From: Octopus sinensis
Lineage: Eukaryota
Direction of reading: 5' to 3'
NCBI RefSeq assembly: GCF_006345805.1
Contig: NW_021826222.1
Location: forward strand, 1-36,264
Length of the DNA: 36,264 nucleotides
The notes under the pieces are model-generated. The model worked only from the letters and a program-made list of their open reading frames with translations. It was not told the DNA's origin and made no database searches. A program made the position numbers and the translations under genes. Shown here one piece after another: positions 13,565 to 24,435 of the stretch; position 1 is the first letter of the stretch, and every line of letters starts with the position of its first letter.

Positions 13565-13719
13565 TTTATTTTAAGCAGCAGAAAATTCAACAAAATCTGT
13601 TACTCTGAGTTTCTCGTTGCCGTTCATCAGACAGTTTTTGCTAGAAAACTGTCTGATGAACGGCAACGAGAAACTCAGAGTAACAGATTTTGTTGAATTT
13701 TCTGCTGCTTAAAATAAAG
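13564..13719. repeat. Perfect palindrome with 75-bp arms (13564-13638 and 13645-13719) and a 6-nt spacer TGCTAG
   Basis: Base-by-base reverse-complement identity. It lies in a unique insert of about 230 bp (13561-13793) flanked by (TA)n. Confidence 0.97.
13645..13690 (+). ncRNA. Minimal type I hammerhead ribozyme motif (mirror copy on minus strand at 13593-13638)
   Basis: Stem I CUGU/ACAG (extendable), CUGAUGA at 13653-13659, stem II A-CG-GCAA-CG-A, GAAA at 13670-13673, near-palindromic stem III ACUC-A-GAGU, GUA cleavage triplet (cut after 13682). There is an A.A mismatch at the base of stem II. Confidence 0.7.
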
Positions 13720-13793
13720 CATATTACTCTACCACTGGTATTTGAGTACTCTTTTTTCCACCTTGTTTCACATTTATGTGTTTACTCCGGTCT

Positions 13794-14500
<707 letters not shown>

Positions 14501-14712
14501 ATGTTTATATATTTGAGTAGTTGAATGAATTATCTTATTAAGGATAATTCGAAAGATAACCGATACCTGGGTAGCAAATTCACATCAGAAAGAACACGGT
14601 TGAAGCTACGTCCCTAGGGCATAGACAACGTGTCTTCGTGCGGAAATTTGCATGTTTATTTTAAAATTATAAGTATATGAAAGAATGGAGTTGAATGACT
14701 AGTTAACAAATA

Positions 14713-14809
14713 TCCTTTATTCTCGACATATGCTTCGAAGGCTGCATATTCCTAATTCCGAATGAATAAGGAGTACATTATGCAGATTTCTCATCAGGAA
14801 AATCAAGGA
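14713..14809 (-). ncRNA. Type I hammerhead-like motif with long stem II at the PLE 3' end (one core substitution)
   Basis: Stem I UCCUUGAUUUUC/GAGAAUAAAGGA, CUGAUGA (14791-14797), G-C closed stem II containing CUGCAUA/UAUGCAG, GAAG instead of GAAA, stem III GCAUAUGU and GUC triplet. Confidence 0.65.
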
Positions 14810-15361
14810 ACTTATGTCGACATCAAAATGCACACAAACTTTTAGCTGACCGCTCTCAAGGAGCCCATGGCGATAATGAGTGTCTCTTTATAATGAGTGA
14901 CGTCAGAGTGGCTGAATGTAGAAGAATCTAGAAGTTTCTAAAGGTTCAAGAGTTCAAACGAAGTAGGAGGAGGGAGGCATAAGAATAGTAAGGTGAGAGA
15001 GTGCAGGTCAAAAGAATGATGGGTTTAAATCATTTCTTTTGTGGATGAGTGCCTGTGTGTATGACTGTATATAACTGTCTTAATGTGTGTATGTGTGTGT
15101 CTGAATGCGTGATTGTGTTTGTGGATGGGTAGATGTCAGAAAACTGACAGCTGTGATGTGAAAGATCTGTGTCTGTGTGTTCGATTATGTTTACTGTAGA
15201 GAAAGGAAAGTAGATAGCGAAAGGGAGAAAGAATCGGGCGAGGTGAGAGGCAACGCAAGAATGGATAGTAGTAATTGGGAATATAAGAAAATGTTTTTGA
15301 CTGTTGGGGTGAAATATAGGAAAAAATTTTTTGGGAAATCGAGGGGTTATCTATATTAGTC

Positions 15362-16287
15362 ACTATTTATATGAGTGAAAGGTGTGTCTTTTCCAGTGTA
15401 AACACCTGTAGGATCTTTCGACGATTGTGTTTATTAAAGGGCCTTTGGCGAACAAAATATGAAAAAGTTCGGAATTACAGATGCCACAAAATTTTCTGCC
15501 TTTATCAAACGGACAGAATGGACCATTCGAGCTTGAACGTAGTGTTATTGTTCTTCAGACGCCAGACTAATTTGCTTAGTATTTGAGAATGCTATTCTTA
15601 CTTTATGCCGAATTTATAGTGGAGTAGTATCTAGAATTCCGGGAAAATTCTTAGTAACGGCTTCACGGAATTGTAAAGGGAGATTAGACCTGATTTGTCC
15701 TCCCGAAAGGAATCACAAACCAGATATAGTTTTTTTTGTTCTTGGAATGGCTGAGAGTGTTGACATTTACATTAAAGGGTATATTTCTGTGTTGTAGAAT
15801 GGGTTTAGGTTTACGCTGGCCTCCCCTGGTCCGTAAGTTATTATTGTAAACTATATATTTGTGTCGACGTTGCTAGAGCTGAAATCACTATTCATGTTAT
15901 TTATATTATTATTAGAAGTTATCTTATCTTGATGGGTAGATCTTAGTTTAGGATGGGCCGGATCGATATATGATACCTTATCCCTATAACCGGCCTTTGA
16001 CAAGGCGGCATTATAAAATTCTGCTTTCTGTTTAAAAAATGTCGACATTTGCTGATAACTTAGATAGTCTTAAGGATATATTTTAAATCAAATTATCGGT
16101 GATAGTTTTTGCATGGTTACTGAAAATACTGACATATTTTAGGTTCGTAGACGGCTTATGGTAAGGGAAGTAAGAATTATTATGCAAATTTAGGGTAACA
16201 TCTAAGAAATTGGCCTTAGTTAGTTCGTTATCAAAAATTATGCTCATGCCCATCCTGCTGAAAAATCTAACTAATCTATTTTCCACT
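15362..16287 (-). pseudogene. PLE RT thumb region and C-terminus of a second type (Naiad-like), internally deleted
   Basis: NFLDVTLNLHNNSYFPYHKP..SNH..LRLSKLS..YNAALSKAGY, NYIWFVIPF, TKNFP, LSKLVWRLKNNN..EWSIL and RKFCGIC..E..HIL..N..E...C.H, spread over several frameshifted pieces. Confidence 0.8.
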
Positions 16288-17460
16288 TTTTCTTGATGTC
16301 TTCTCTGAAGTCGTGTTCGAAGACTTTCCCTATTTCATCGTATAGTTTGTTCTCCAGGAAACCCATCACCAGGTTGGCATATGAAGGTGCGAATTTTGTA
16401 CCCATGGCCGTGCCCTTTATCTGTCGGTATGTCTTGTTGTTGAATGAGAATGTATTTTCTTCGAATGTATTTTAATTGGGTGGCTTGGGTGATAAAGTTT
16501 GTCTTGAAGCGTTCGTCTATAAGTTCTCTGTATTTTTCTATTGATTGTTTTATTGCTTCTAGACCTAGGGCGTGTGGTATGTTTGTGTATAAATTTGTGA
16601 CATTAAAGCTTGCAAGTATGGTGTTTTTCGGGACTGTATTTAGAATGTGTGTGAGGAAGTCTATGTCATCTCTTATGTAGCTTGGTATCTGTGGGCATAA
16701 AGGTTTGAGGAGTACATCTATGAAGTGGCTTAGTTGTTGTGTTGGTGCCTGGGGTCCTGTCACTATTGGTCTCATTGTGAGGTCTGCAGGCCTTTGTATT
16801 CTTATATAGTGGTTCCTCTGTTCCTTTATGGCTCTCTGTATTTCAGGGCTTTTATGAATTTTAGGTAATCCATAAAAATTGCTTTCTTTGGTTCTTGAGT
16901 TGCATAGATAGTCTTTCTCCTTATCTGTAAAGGAGTCCTGGTATTTATTGACTAAAGTTCTAATTTTTTTTATTGTTGCTTTCTCCGGTGCTGTTGGTTC
17001 CTCTTTATAGTATGTCTGGTTGTTCAGTAACTCCAGCATCTTTTCTTTGTAGTAATCTGTATCCATAATAACTATTGCTCCACCTTTGTCAGCTTCTTTT
17101 ATAATGATTGACTTGTCATTTTTCAGTTTTTGTAAGGTTTGTTTTTCTCCTCTGCGGAGATTCTGTTTGCATTTGTGTGTGTTGAGAGGGAATTTGGATA
17201 TTGTCTCTATGTATGCGTCAAGGTGTTTGTCACTTCCCTTGTAAGGGGTGAAATGGGATTTTTTTCTTATGATTGAGTTATCTTCTGTTTCTTTATTTTC
17301 AAAGAATTCCATAAGACGGAGGTGGCGGCTGAAGTTGTCTATATCAGTTTTTAGTTCTATGAGGTTTGGAGTGGGTGTAGGTGTAAATTTGAGGCCTTTT
17401 AGTAGTAGGTTCATTTCATTTTCGTTAAGTTCTCTTTTGGATAAGTTTATTATTTTGGGG
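16288..17460 (-). pseudogene. PLE reverse transcriptase, N-terminal part (Neptune-like), truncated before YxDD
   Basis: IINLSKRELNENEMNLLLKGLKFTPTP, IKEADKGGAIVIMD, FYGLPKIHK, MRPIV and NVTNLYTNIP; then a frameshift near 16470 and [33 protein letters not shown]...KKKW. Clade name is tentative. Confidence 0.9.
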
Positions 17461-17777
17461 TTTATGTGTTTTGTGAGTTCATCCGAATTTTTGGTGTATT
17501 GGGTCTGGAGTATGGTTGAAGTATCCTCTCCCTAAAAAAGGGGTTGTGTTGTTGCGTCTCCAAATTCCATTTTCAGTTCTTAGGTTTTCTTGTAGTAGTA
17601 GGGGTGGTCTGTGTTGTCTGTATGTGTTGTTTTGTCTTTGGTAGTTGCTTTCTTCCCATCTTCTGTGTTTGTTGAGCCAATATCTGGGGTTCAGGTTTCT
17701 TTGTGGGTAGGTGGATGGTTCATGTATTGTGTTTGTATTGTATTGATAGTGGGAGTTGTTTTTTATCTATCTTGTAA

Positions 17778-17779
<2 letters not shown>

Positions 17780-17822
<43 letters not shown>

Positions 17823-17872
17823 AATATATATATATATTATATATATATATATTATATATATATATATTATAG
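17780..17872. repeat. (TA)n microsatellite
   Basis: Directly visible. Confidence 0.95.
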
Positions 17873-18769
17873 TAGACACGTGAAAGTAGGCATGTTAATA
17901 AACAAACATTTTGATAATTTAGAATATGCTTGGGATATATTTGACTTGTAAAAAGGTCGTTGTCATAGCGGTTTGCCATTGAAAAAAAGTTCTCTCTTAA
18001 AACAACAGGTGTTAAAAACACCAACAGGCGTTTCACGTTACTCTTTTGAAATATATTCTGTTGCTGTCGCTTTCTTCTTGTGTGTCTCTCATGCTCCTTA
18101 TTTCTCTATTTCACTGTTTCGGAGAGAGAGAGAGAGAGGGGGGGAGGGAGGGAGAGAGAGAGGGAGGGAGGGGGAGAGAGAGAAAATAAAAATTAAATGA
18201 AGATTGTGGGGGAAAAGAACAGGGTTTGTCGTTATGTAACCCTCTTTTCGAAACTGTATTTTGCAGGTATTACCACTCCCTTACAACTTTATGCATTCCC
18301 CCCCCCCCCCAGTTCAACTCCATCTTAATTTTCTGTCTTTTATTTTTTCTTTCTCTACAGAAAATAAGGTGTGGCTTAAGGAAAATTTGGCTCTTATTTC
18401 TCGAAATAAATGATATGGAAAAACTTGCCTTTGTGGTAGCGTACATGTATATCTTTGTGGGTCTGCATTCTGTAGTTGTTAAATACAAGGCGAACATATG
18501 CGAACAAACAATTCGTACACCTCACACTTACTCACACACACATACACACATACGCACATACACAATACACAGAAACACACACACGCATACACACACGCAC
18601 ACACACACACACACACACAGACACGCACACAGATACATACGTGTATGTATGTATGTATTATGTATGTGTGTATGTATGCTTGTAGCATTATTCAAAAGCT
18701 AAAACGATGCGAAGCGCATTGTGACCAGCGATGTATGACAACATTCGATAGTCTGGTTGATCACGTGAT

Positions 18770-18808
<39 letters not shown>

Positions 18809-19203
18809 TATACGTGTGTATGTATATCTATGTACGTATGCATTGCATCTACATATGTATATATATATCTACCTACCTATGTATGTTTGTACGTAGCTGG
18901 CTTTTGCGCATGACTTCACTAAAAGTTGGAAAGATATCAGCTTGATATATATTGTCAGAAGTCAATGATATAAAACAACCTTTGGAGGCCCATTTATATG
19001 TGTAAAGGTATATAGGGTATATCTTTAGATATGTCACAGCTGATAGAATATTCATGCTAAATATAGTTAAGTGGCGAAAATGTTGTTTTTTTTCGTTAGA
19101 AAAATATCGTAGGACATTTTCGAGCAATACAAAGTCTATAATCGTCTGAAATATTTACTGCTTTGACAGCCAGAACATAATAAATGTGTAACCATTTATT
19201 TGC

Positions 19204-19246
<43 letters not shown>

Positions 19247-19411
19247 TTCATTTATTTATTTACTTTAATGGTTTGGTATAGAAGGCAAGTCGTACACATG
19301 GTCTTGCAGGCCTTCTGGTACGGCTGGGATTGACGTAGTTGCTGTTCTTCCCAGCCGCGAGAGAAAATGAAGTAGAAGTCAGACGCTGGAGTCGAGTAGT
19401 ATCGACTAACC

Positions 19412-20178
19412 CAGAGCCAGATTAAAACCCATCGAGGCCCTAAGCACTTAAAACATTTTGGTGCCCCCCATAAAAGATTATGTAATTCAAAATATAAACA
19501 ATAACAAACCGTAAAATAAATTTTTATTTTTCGAAGCGAAACAAAACAGTAAGAGGGAAAATAATGTTTATTTTTGTATACTTCCACTTTATTTATATCA
19601 GAAGAGTGTGCAGGTGCGTGGCTTAGAGGTTAGGGGCATTTGGCTCATGATCGAATGGTCGTGAGTTCAATTCTCAGCGGCGCGTTGTGTCCTTGAGCAA
19701 GACATTTATTTCACGTTGCTCCAGTCCACTCAGCTAGCAAAAATGAGAGTAGTACCTGTATTTCAAAGGGCCAGCCTTGTCACACAGTGTCACGCTGAAT
19801 CTCCCCGAGAACTACGTTAAGGATATACGTGTTTGTGGAGTGCTCAGCTACATACACGTTAATTTCACGAGCAAGTTGTTCCGTTGATCGTATCGGCTGG
19901 GACCCCCGTCGTTGCAACCGACGGTGTGCTCCTTATCAGAAGAGTTTCCTCCTACTATTTTGAATTGCAAATTCTTTGATCAGATCCTTAAAATTAATCT
20001 TAGGTAACACACCTGCATCTATACTTAGTAGAGATAAAGGCATCCTGAATATTATTTTACCAAATTCAAAGTGATTTCTTTAGTGCCGTAAACCATTTAC
20101 CATTTCTGTGGTGCACCCCCACCTTCCCTTGATGCCCTAAGCACATGCTTATTTTACTTAATGGTTAATCCAGCGCTG
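19412..20178 (+). mobile_element. hAT-like MITE
   Basis: Ends CAGAGCCAGATTAA and TTAATCCAGCGCTG (imperfect TIR); 8-bp TSD GACTAACC/GATTAACC. Confidence 0.7.
19608..19933 (+). mobile_element. tRNA-derived SINE family C, full length
   Basis: GCGTGGCTTAGAGGTTAGG A box, GAGTTCAATTC B box, TTGTGTCCTTGAGCAAGAC central motif, and exact 12-bp TSD TATCAGAAGAGT (19596-19607, 19934-19945). Confidence 0.9.
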
Positions 20179-20237
20179 GATTAACCCCATCTACTCAAAA
20201 TTGTTCTTCTGCATTAACTAGAAACAATTATTATTAA

Positions 20238-20465
20238 AGGTGGGGGGAGAGAATGCCATAATCGTTTGAGCGTCGGATAAACTACTTTGTGACATCGTTC
20301 AGGCTCTTTACGTTCTGTGTTCAAATCCTCTCCGAGGTCAACTTTGCCTTTCATCCTTTCTGGCGTCGATAACATGAAGTACCAGTCAAATACTGGGGGT
20401 TGGTGTAACCAACTTACCTCTCATCCAAATTTCAGGTTTCGTGCCTATAGCAGAAAGGGTTATTA
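20238..20465 (+). mobile_element. SINE family A (diverged A2 subfamily)
   Basis: TACGTTCTGTGTTCAAAT..GAGGTCAACTTTGCCTTTCATCCTTTC core. Confidence 0.85.
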
Positions 20466-20466
20466 T

Positions 20467-20542
20467 GCGCGCGCGCGCGCGCGTGTGTGTGAGAGCGAGA
20501 GAGTCCGTGTATGTGTGTGTGCGTGTGTGTGTGTGTGCGTGC

Positions 20543-20579
<37 letters not shown>

Positions 20580-20771
20580 TCCGCGCGTGTGTGTGTGATC
20601 ATGTGTGTGTGTATGTGTGCGTGCTTGTGTATATGTCTGTGTATATGAGAGAGAGAAAGAGTCCGTGTGTACGTGTGTGTGTGTTGTGTGTGTGTGTGTT
20701 TGTGTGTGTGTATGTGTGTGTGCTTGTGTATATGTCTGTGTATATGAGAGAGAGAAAGAGTTCGTGTGTAC

Positions 20772-20804
<33 letters not shown>

Positions 20805-20895
20805 CGTGTTTGTGTATATGTGTGTGTATGCGTGTGTATGTGTGTGTGTATGTGTGTGTATATGTGTGTATGTGTGTGTATGTGTATGCGTGTGT
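20467..20895. repeat. (GT)n/(GA)n compound array with a higher-order unit of about 99 bp
   Basis: GTGCTTGTGTATATGTCTGTGTATATGAGAGAGAGAAAGAGT occurs at about 20621 and 20720. Confidence 0.9.
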
Positions 20896-20939
20896 TTGAG
20901 TCTGTATATATGTGTGCAAGATAAGGAATTGCTATGTCT

Positions 20940-20996
20940 TTTATCTTTTACTTGTTCCAGTCACCAGACTGCGGCCATGCTGGGGCACTGCCTTGT
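20940..20996 (-). mobile_element. SINE family B, 3' end fragment
   Basis: TTTACTTGTT.CAGTCA..AGACTGCGGCCATGCTGGGGCAC. Confidence 0.7.
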
Positions 20997-21442
20997 ATTT
21001 CTTCTCTACAAATCGCTTCATGCGTCTTGTAATACTTAAGCATTTATCAAGTCTTCTTGGAATCAAGAAGATGTTTTGCTTTGTCACAGACGAAATCGGA
21101 AGGAAAAGAGGAAGGACCTAAGAGAATTTCGAAAGATTTGGTTTGCAATAGCTTGACGAAGAATAGGTCCAGTTGAACAGACTTACTCTAAATATATTGT
21201 ATAGACGTGAGGTTCCGTCGCTACTCTACTGAACCGATTAGCTCTCTCGTGCCACATCATCTTTTATGTAGTTTTGCTGTACAAGAAAATCTTAATTCTC
21301 ACGAGAGAAAGCTTACCTATTAATTTGTAATTTTTTTTCTTATTTTTTTTTACTATTTTCCGTTATTACTTCATCTAACTTAAACGCAAAAATCGTGTCA
21401 TTTTACTTCCACAGAAAAGACAACCACAACATTAGAAATCAA

Positions 21443-21518
21443 CATCATCATCATCATCATCAACAACATCATCATCAAAATCATCATTAGCATCATCATC
21501 ATCATCATCATCATCATT

Positions 21519-21597
<79 letters not shown>

Positions 21598-21637
21598 ACA
21601 TCATCATCATCAACATCATCATCAAAATCATCATTAG

Positions 21638-21687
<50 letters not shown>

Positions 21688-21760
21688 ACAACAATAACAA
21701 CATCGGCGGTAGCAGCAAGGTCAGCGACAAGAAGAACAGCAGCAGCAGCAGCAGCAGCAA
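21443..21760. repeat. (CAT)n array followed by (CAG)n
   Basis: Directly visible; gives the poly-M and poly-D ORF artefacts. Confidence 0.97.
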
Positions 21761-22139
21761 CGAAAATAATTATAAGATTTTCTTTAAAAGAAATCAATGT
21801 TTTTAAATAAAAAAAATGAGATCTGGGTCTGAAATATGTTCCGCATTTTGCTTTTTTACTTTTTGTATTCTATTTTTGGCTTCGATTTCCATAAAATTGT
21901 GATGAACATTTTCGTTAACAAAATTTTTATTTCTTTTTCTTTCTTTCTTAATTCCAGCGTCAATATTCTAACTTGTTTTATGCTGTTGTTTTTATCGAAG
22001 AAAGAAAGAAAAAAAAAGTTCTCCGGGGACTGTATTTCTGTAAATCACACATTTCTATTTTTGACATAATAACCGGCATCACGTTCATCTTCTTTCTTCT
22101 CAGAACAATGGACAATGCACCTTGTAACATTTACCTACG

Positions 22140-23090
22140 GTTCTTTACGTTCCGAGTTCGAATCCCACCGGGGTAAATGAGATAAAGTACTTGTCAAGGA
22201 CCGGGGTCGATTTAATAAGTAACTCATCCTCAAAATTTCTTGCGCCGAACCTATGTAAGAAATTATAAATGGGTGGCGAGCTCATAAATCCTTTAGTGCG
22301 TCGACCAAATTGTTCTGTACTATTTTTCCGGCTCGTTATAATTTAAGTTCACATTCTTTTGATGTCAACTTTGCCCTTCATCCGACCAGATTCGACAAAA
22401 TGAAGTACCAGTCAGACTCTGGAGTCGAATAGTATCGACTAACCCCATCCACTCAAAGTTTCTGGTTTTGTGCCTAAATTAGAAACCATTATTATTAAAG
22501 AGTGGAGGCACATGGCCTAGTGGTTAGAACAGCGGACTCGCGGTCGAGGGATCGCGGGTTTGAATCTCAGACCGGGCGATGTGTGTATTTATGAGCGAAA
22601 CACCTAGCTCCACGCGGCTCCGGCAGAAGGTATTGGCGAACTTCTGCTGACTCTTTTGCCACAACTTTCTCTCACTCTTTCCTCCTGCATCTTGCAGCTC
22701 ACCTGCCACAGACCGGCGTCCCGTCTAGGTGGGGAACCTATACGCCAAGGAAACCGGGAAATCGGCCCTTATGAGCTAGGCGTGGCTCGAGAAGGAACAA
22801 ACAAACAATTATTAAAGAAGGGATCACAGAATCGTTGGAGCTTCCTATGAACTGCTTGGTGGCATCGTTCAGGCTCTTTACGTTCTGTGTTCAAATTCCT
22901 CCGAGGTTAACTTTGTCTTTCATCCTTTCTGGGGTCGATAAAATAAGTATCAGTTGTGTACGGGGAACGATAAAACCAGTCGCACATTGGCATCAATAGA
23001 AGAGGCGCGTGGTATAGTAGTTAGGGTGTTCGTAAGATTGTATTTTCGACCACTGGACCGGGCGATGCGTAGTGTTCTAGAGCTAAGCTC
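22140..23090 (+). mobile_element. Head-to-tail cluster of five SINE copies (A fragment, A, D, A, C-like fragment)
   Basis: Successive B-box and core motifs at about 22150, 22350, 22555, 22890 and 23005, all on the plus strand. Confidence 0.8.
22502..22807 (+). mobile_element. tRNA-derived SINE family D, full length
   Basis: TGGCCTAGTGGTTAG A box, GGTTTGAATC B box, tRNA-like arm GGACTCGCGGTC, (AAAC)n tail, and 11-bp TSD ATTATTAAAGA (22491-22501, 22808-22818). Confidence 0.88.
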
Positions 23091-24136
23091 TTCATTTCGC
23101 CTTCCACTTCTGTTTCTGTTGTTGCTACTCTTATTGTAATTGCTACTGCTGTTAATAAGTTGTTTTAATTGTGGTGGTTGTTATTATTGGTGTTGCTATT
23201 GCTGTGGTTTTGGGGTATGACTGCAGTGCAAGCCTTCCCACATTTTTGTCCTCTGCTGAGGGCAAAAGTCTCTTAGGTTTTTGATAGTACCACATATGTG
23301 GCACATGAACCTTCTCCATTCTTCCAGCGATGAGAAAATGGATGTTACACACGCACACATTCACAAGTTCATTCGTATAAAACCACTCATATAAATCAGA
23401 CATATTTTGTTATATGCTTGTGTGCGTATACGCGCGTATGTGTGTGCGTGCGCGTTATTTGCCCTACTCAACGGTTAGTAAAATATTTTGGCAATAAATC
23501 ATTCTTGATTATTATTATTCTTTTTTAATTTTTTTTTTACTTGAATATAAAAATGCTAATGTTTTTAAAAAATTAAAGCAAGAATAAATTTATTGTAGCA
23601 TAGAAAATGATTCAACAATGAAAGAAAGTGAATAGACAAAAAAAAAAATAGAAAAAAGCTTTAATAATAGTTTGGGAAATTGGTTGGTTAGGTAAACAAA
23701 CGCAGGAGTTAATGTAAATTACTAGAGCTCAACTATCTGTGAAAGTAATTGGGATATCAGTTAACTGGGGTTCCCCGGAAGCCTAGAATTCCGCAAAAGG
23801 TTCCTCGGGGTTCCGCGAGAAATAGTGGGGTAAGCTAATGCTAATTCTATGATCGGAATATTACTGTAGCGAATTCTTGTGAACTTCCTCTCTCTATTAT
23901 ATATATATATATATATATATAGCAATAATAAATCTCTGAGCGAGGTATACACAGTAGCTGCACGACATCGTGAAGTATATTTGCCACTTAAATGTGGCTA
24001 ACCCTTAAGGGTTGATGCTACTGTAGCTTGTAGCCCCAGGAAGACATCTCTTCCAGCTGGCTATTGACGCACTTTCTGTGCCCTATCAGTATTTGCAAAG
24101 GGAAGTCATCCTTCCCATCTCCAGCTTGACGTGATA

Positions 24137-24181
24137 CACACGGACCCGGGTTTCTGAATATTGACCCGTCATCAGCGTGTG
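24137..24181 (-). ncRNA. Minimal type I hammerhead ribozyme motif with intact core
   Basis: CACACG-CUGAUGA-C[GGGU CAAU AUUC]A-GAAA-CCCGGG-UC|CGUGUG: 6-bp stem I, palindromic stem III ACCCGGGU and GUC triplet. Confidence 0.8.
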
Positions 24182-24390
24182 ACAATCACCGGTTGTTGAT
24201 GTGAAGTACTATCCCGATGCAAAAATATATATCCTTTTTCCACGATGTTGTGCAGCTGCTGTGTATACCTCGCTCAGGGATTTATTATTGCTTGTTTACA
24301 CTTTTTCGATATCAGTGACTTTTCGTCACTGGAAAAAGGATATATGTATTTTCATCGGGATAACACTTCCCATCGACAACCGGAGATTGT

Positions 24391-24435
24391 CACACGCTGA
24401 TGACGGGTCAATACCCAGAAATCCAGGCCCGTGTG
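24391..24435 (+). ncRNA. Hammerhead motif, mutated mirror copy
   Basis: CACACG-CUGAUGA-C[GGGU CAAU ACCC]A-GAAA-UCCAGG-CC-CGUGUG. Stem II is perfect, but stem III and U16.1 are altered. Confidence 0.65.

Larger units (their letters stand above)
19367..20238 (+). mobile_element. Old SINE family A copy (19367-19411 plus 20179-20238) split by a hAT-like MITE
   Basis: Joining the two halves recreates the sequence at 22398-22500 (AAAATGAAGT..GGAGTCGA.TAGTATCGACTAACCCCATC.ACTCAAA..ATTATTATTAAAG). Confidence 0.75.

Noticed and set aside
14820-15360. SECIS element in the Naiad-like 3' UTR (some Naiads encode selenoproteins)
   Set aside because: No AUGA..AA..GA kink-turn stem could be built by eye, and the stops in the ORF remnants look like decay.
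19050-19127. EKKQHFRHLTIF, resembling a mariner N-terminus
   Set aside because: Too short, with no TIR or downstream transposase similarity visible.
21398-21797. Poly-Met and poly-Asp ORFs
   Set aside because: Frames of a (CAT)n array; no complex flanking coding sequence or splice support.
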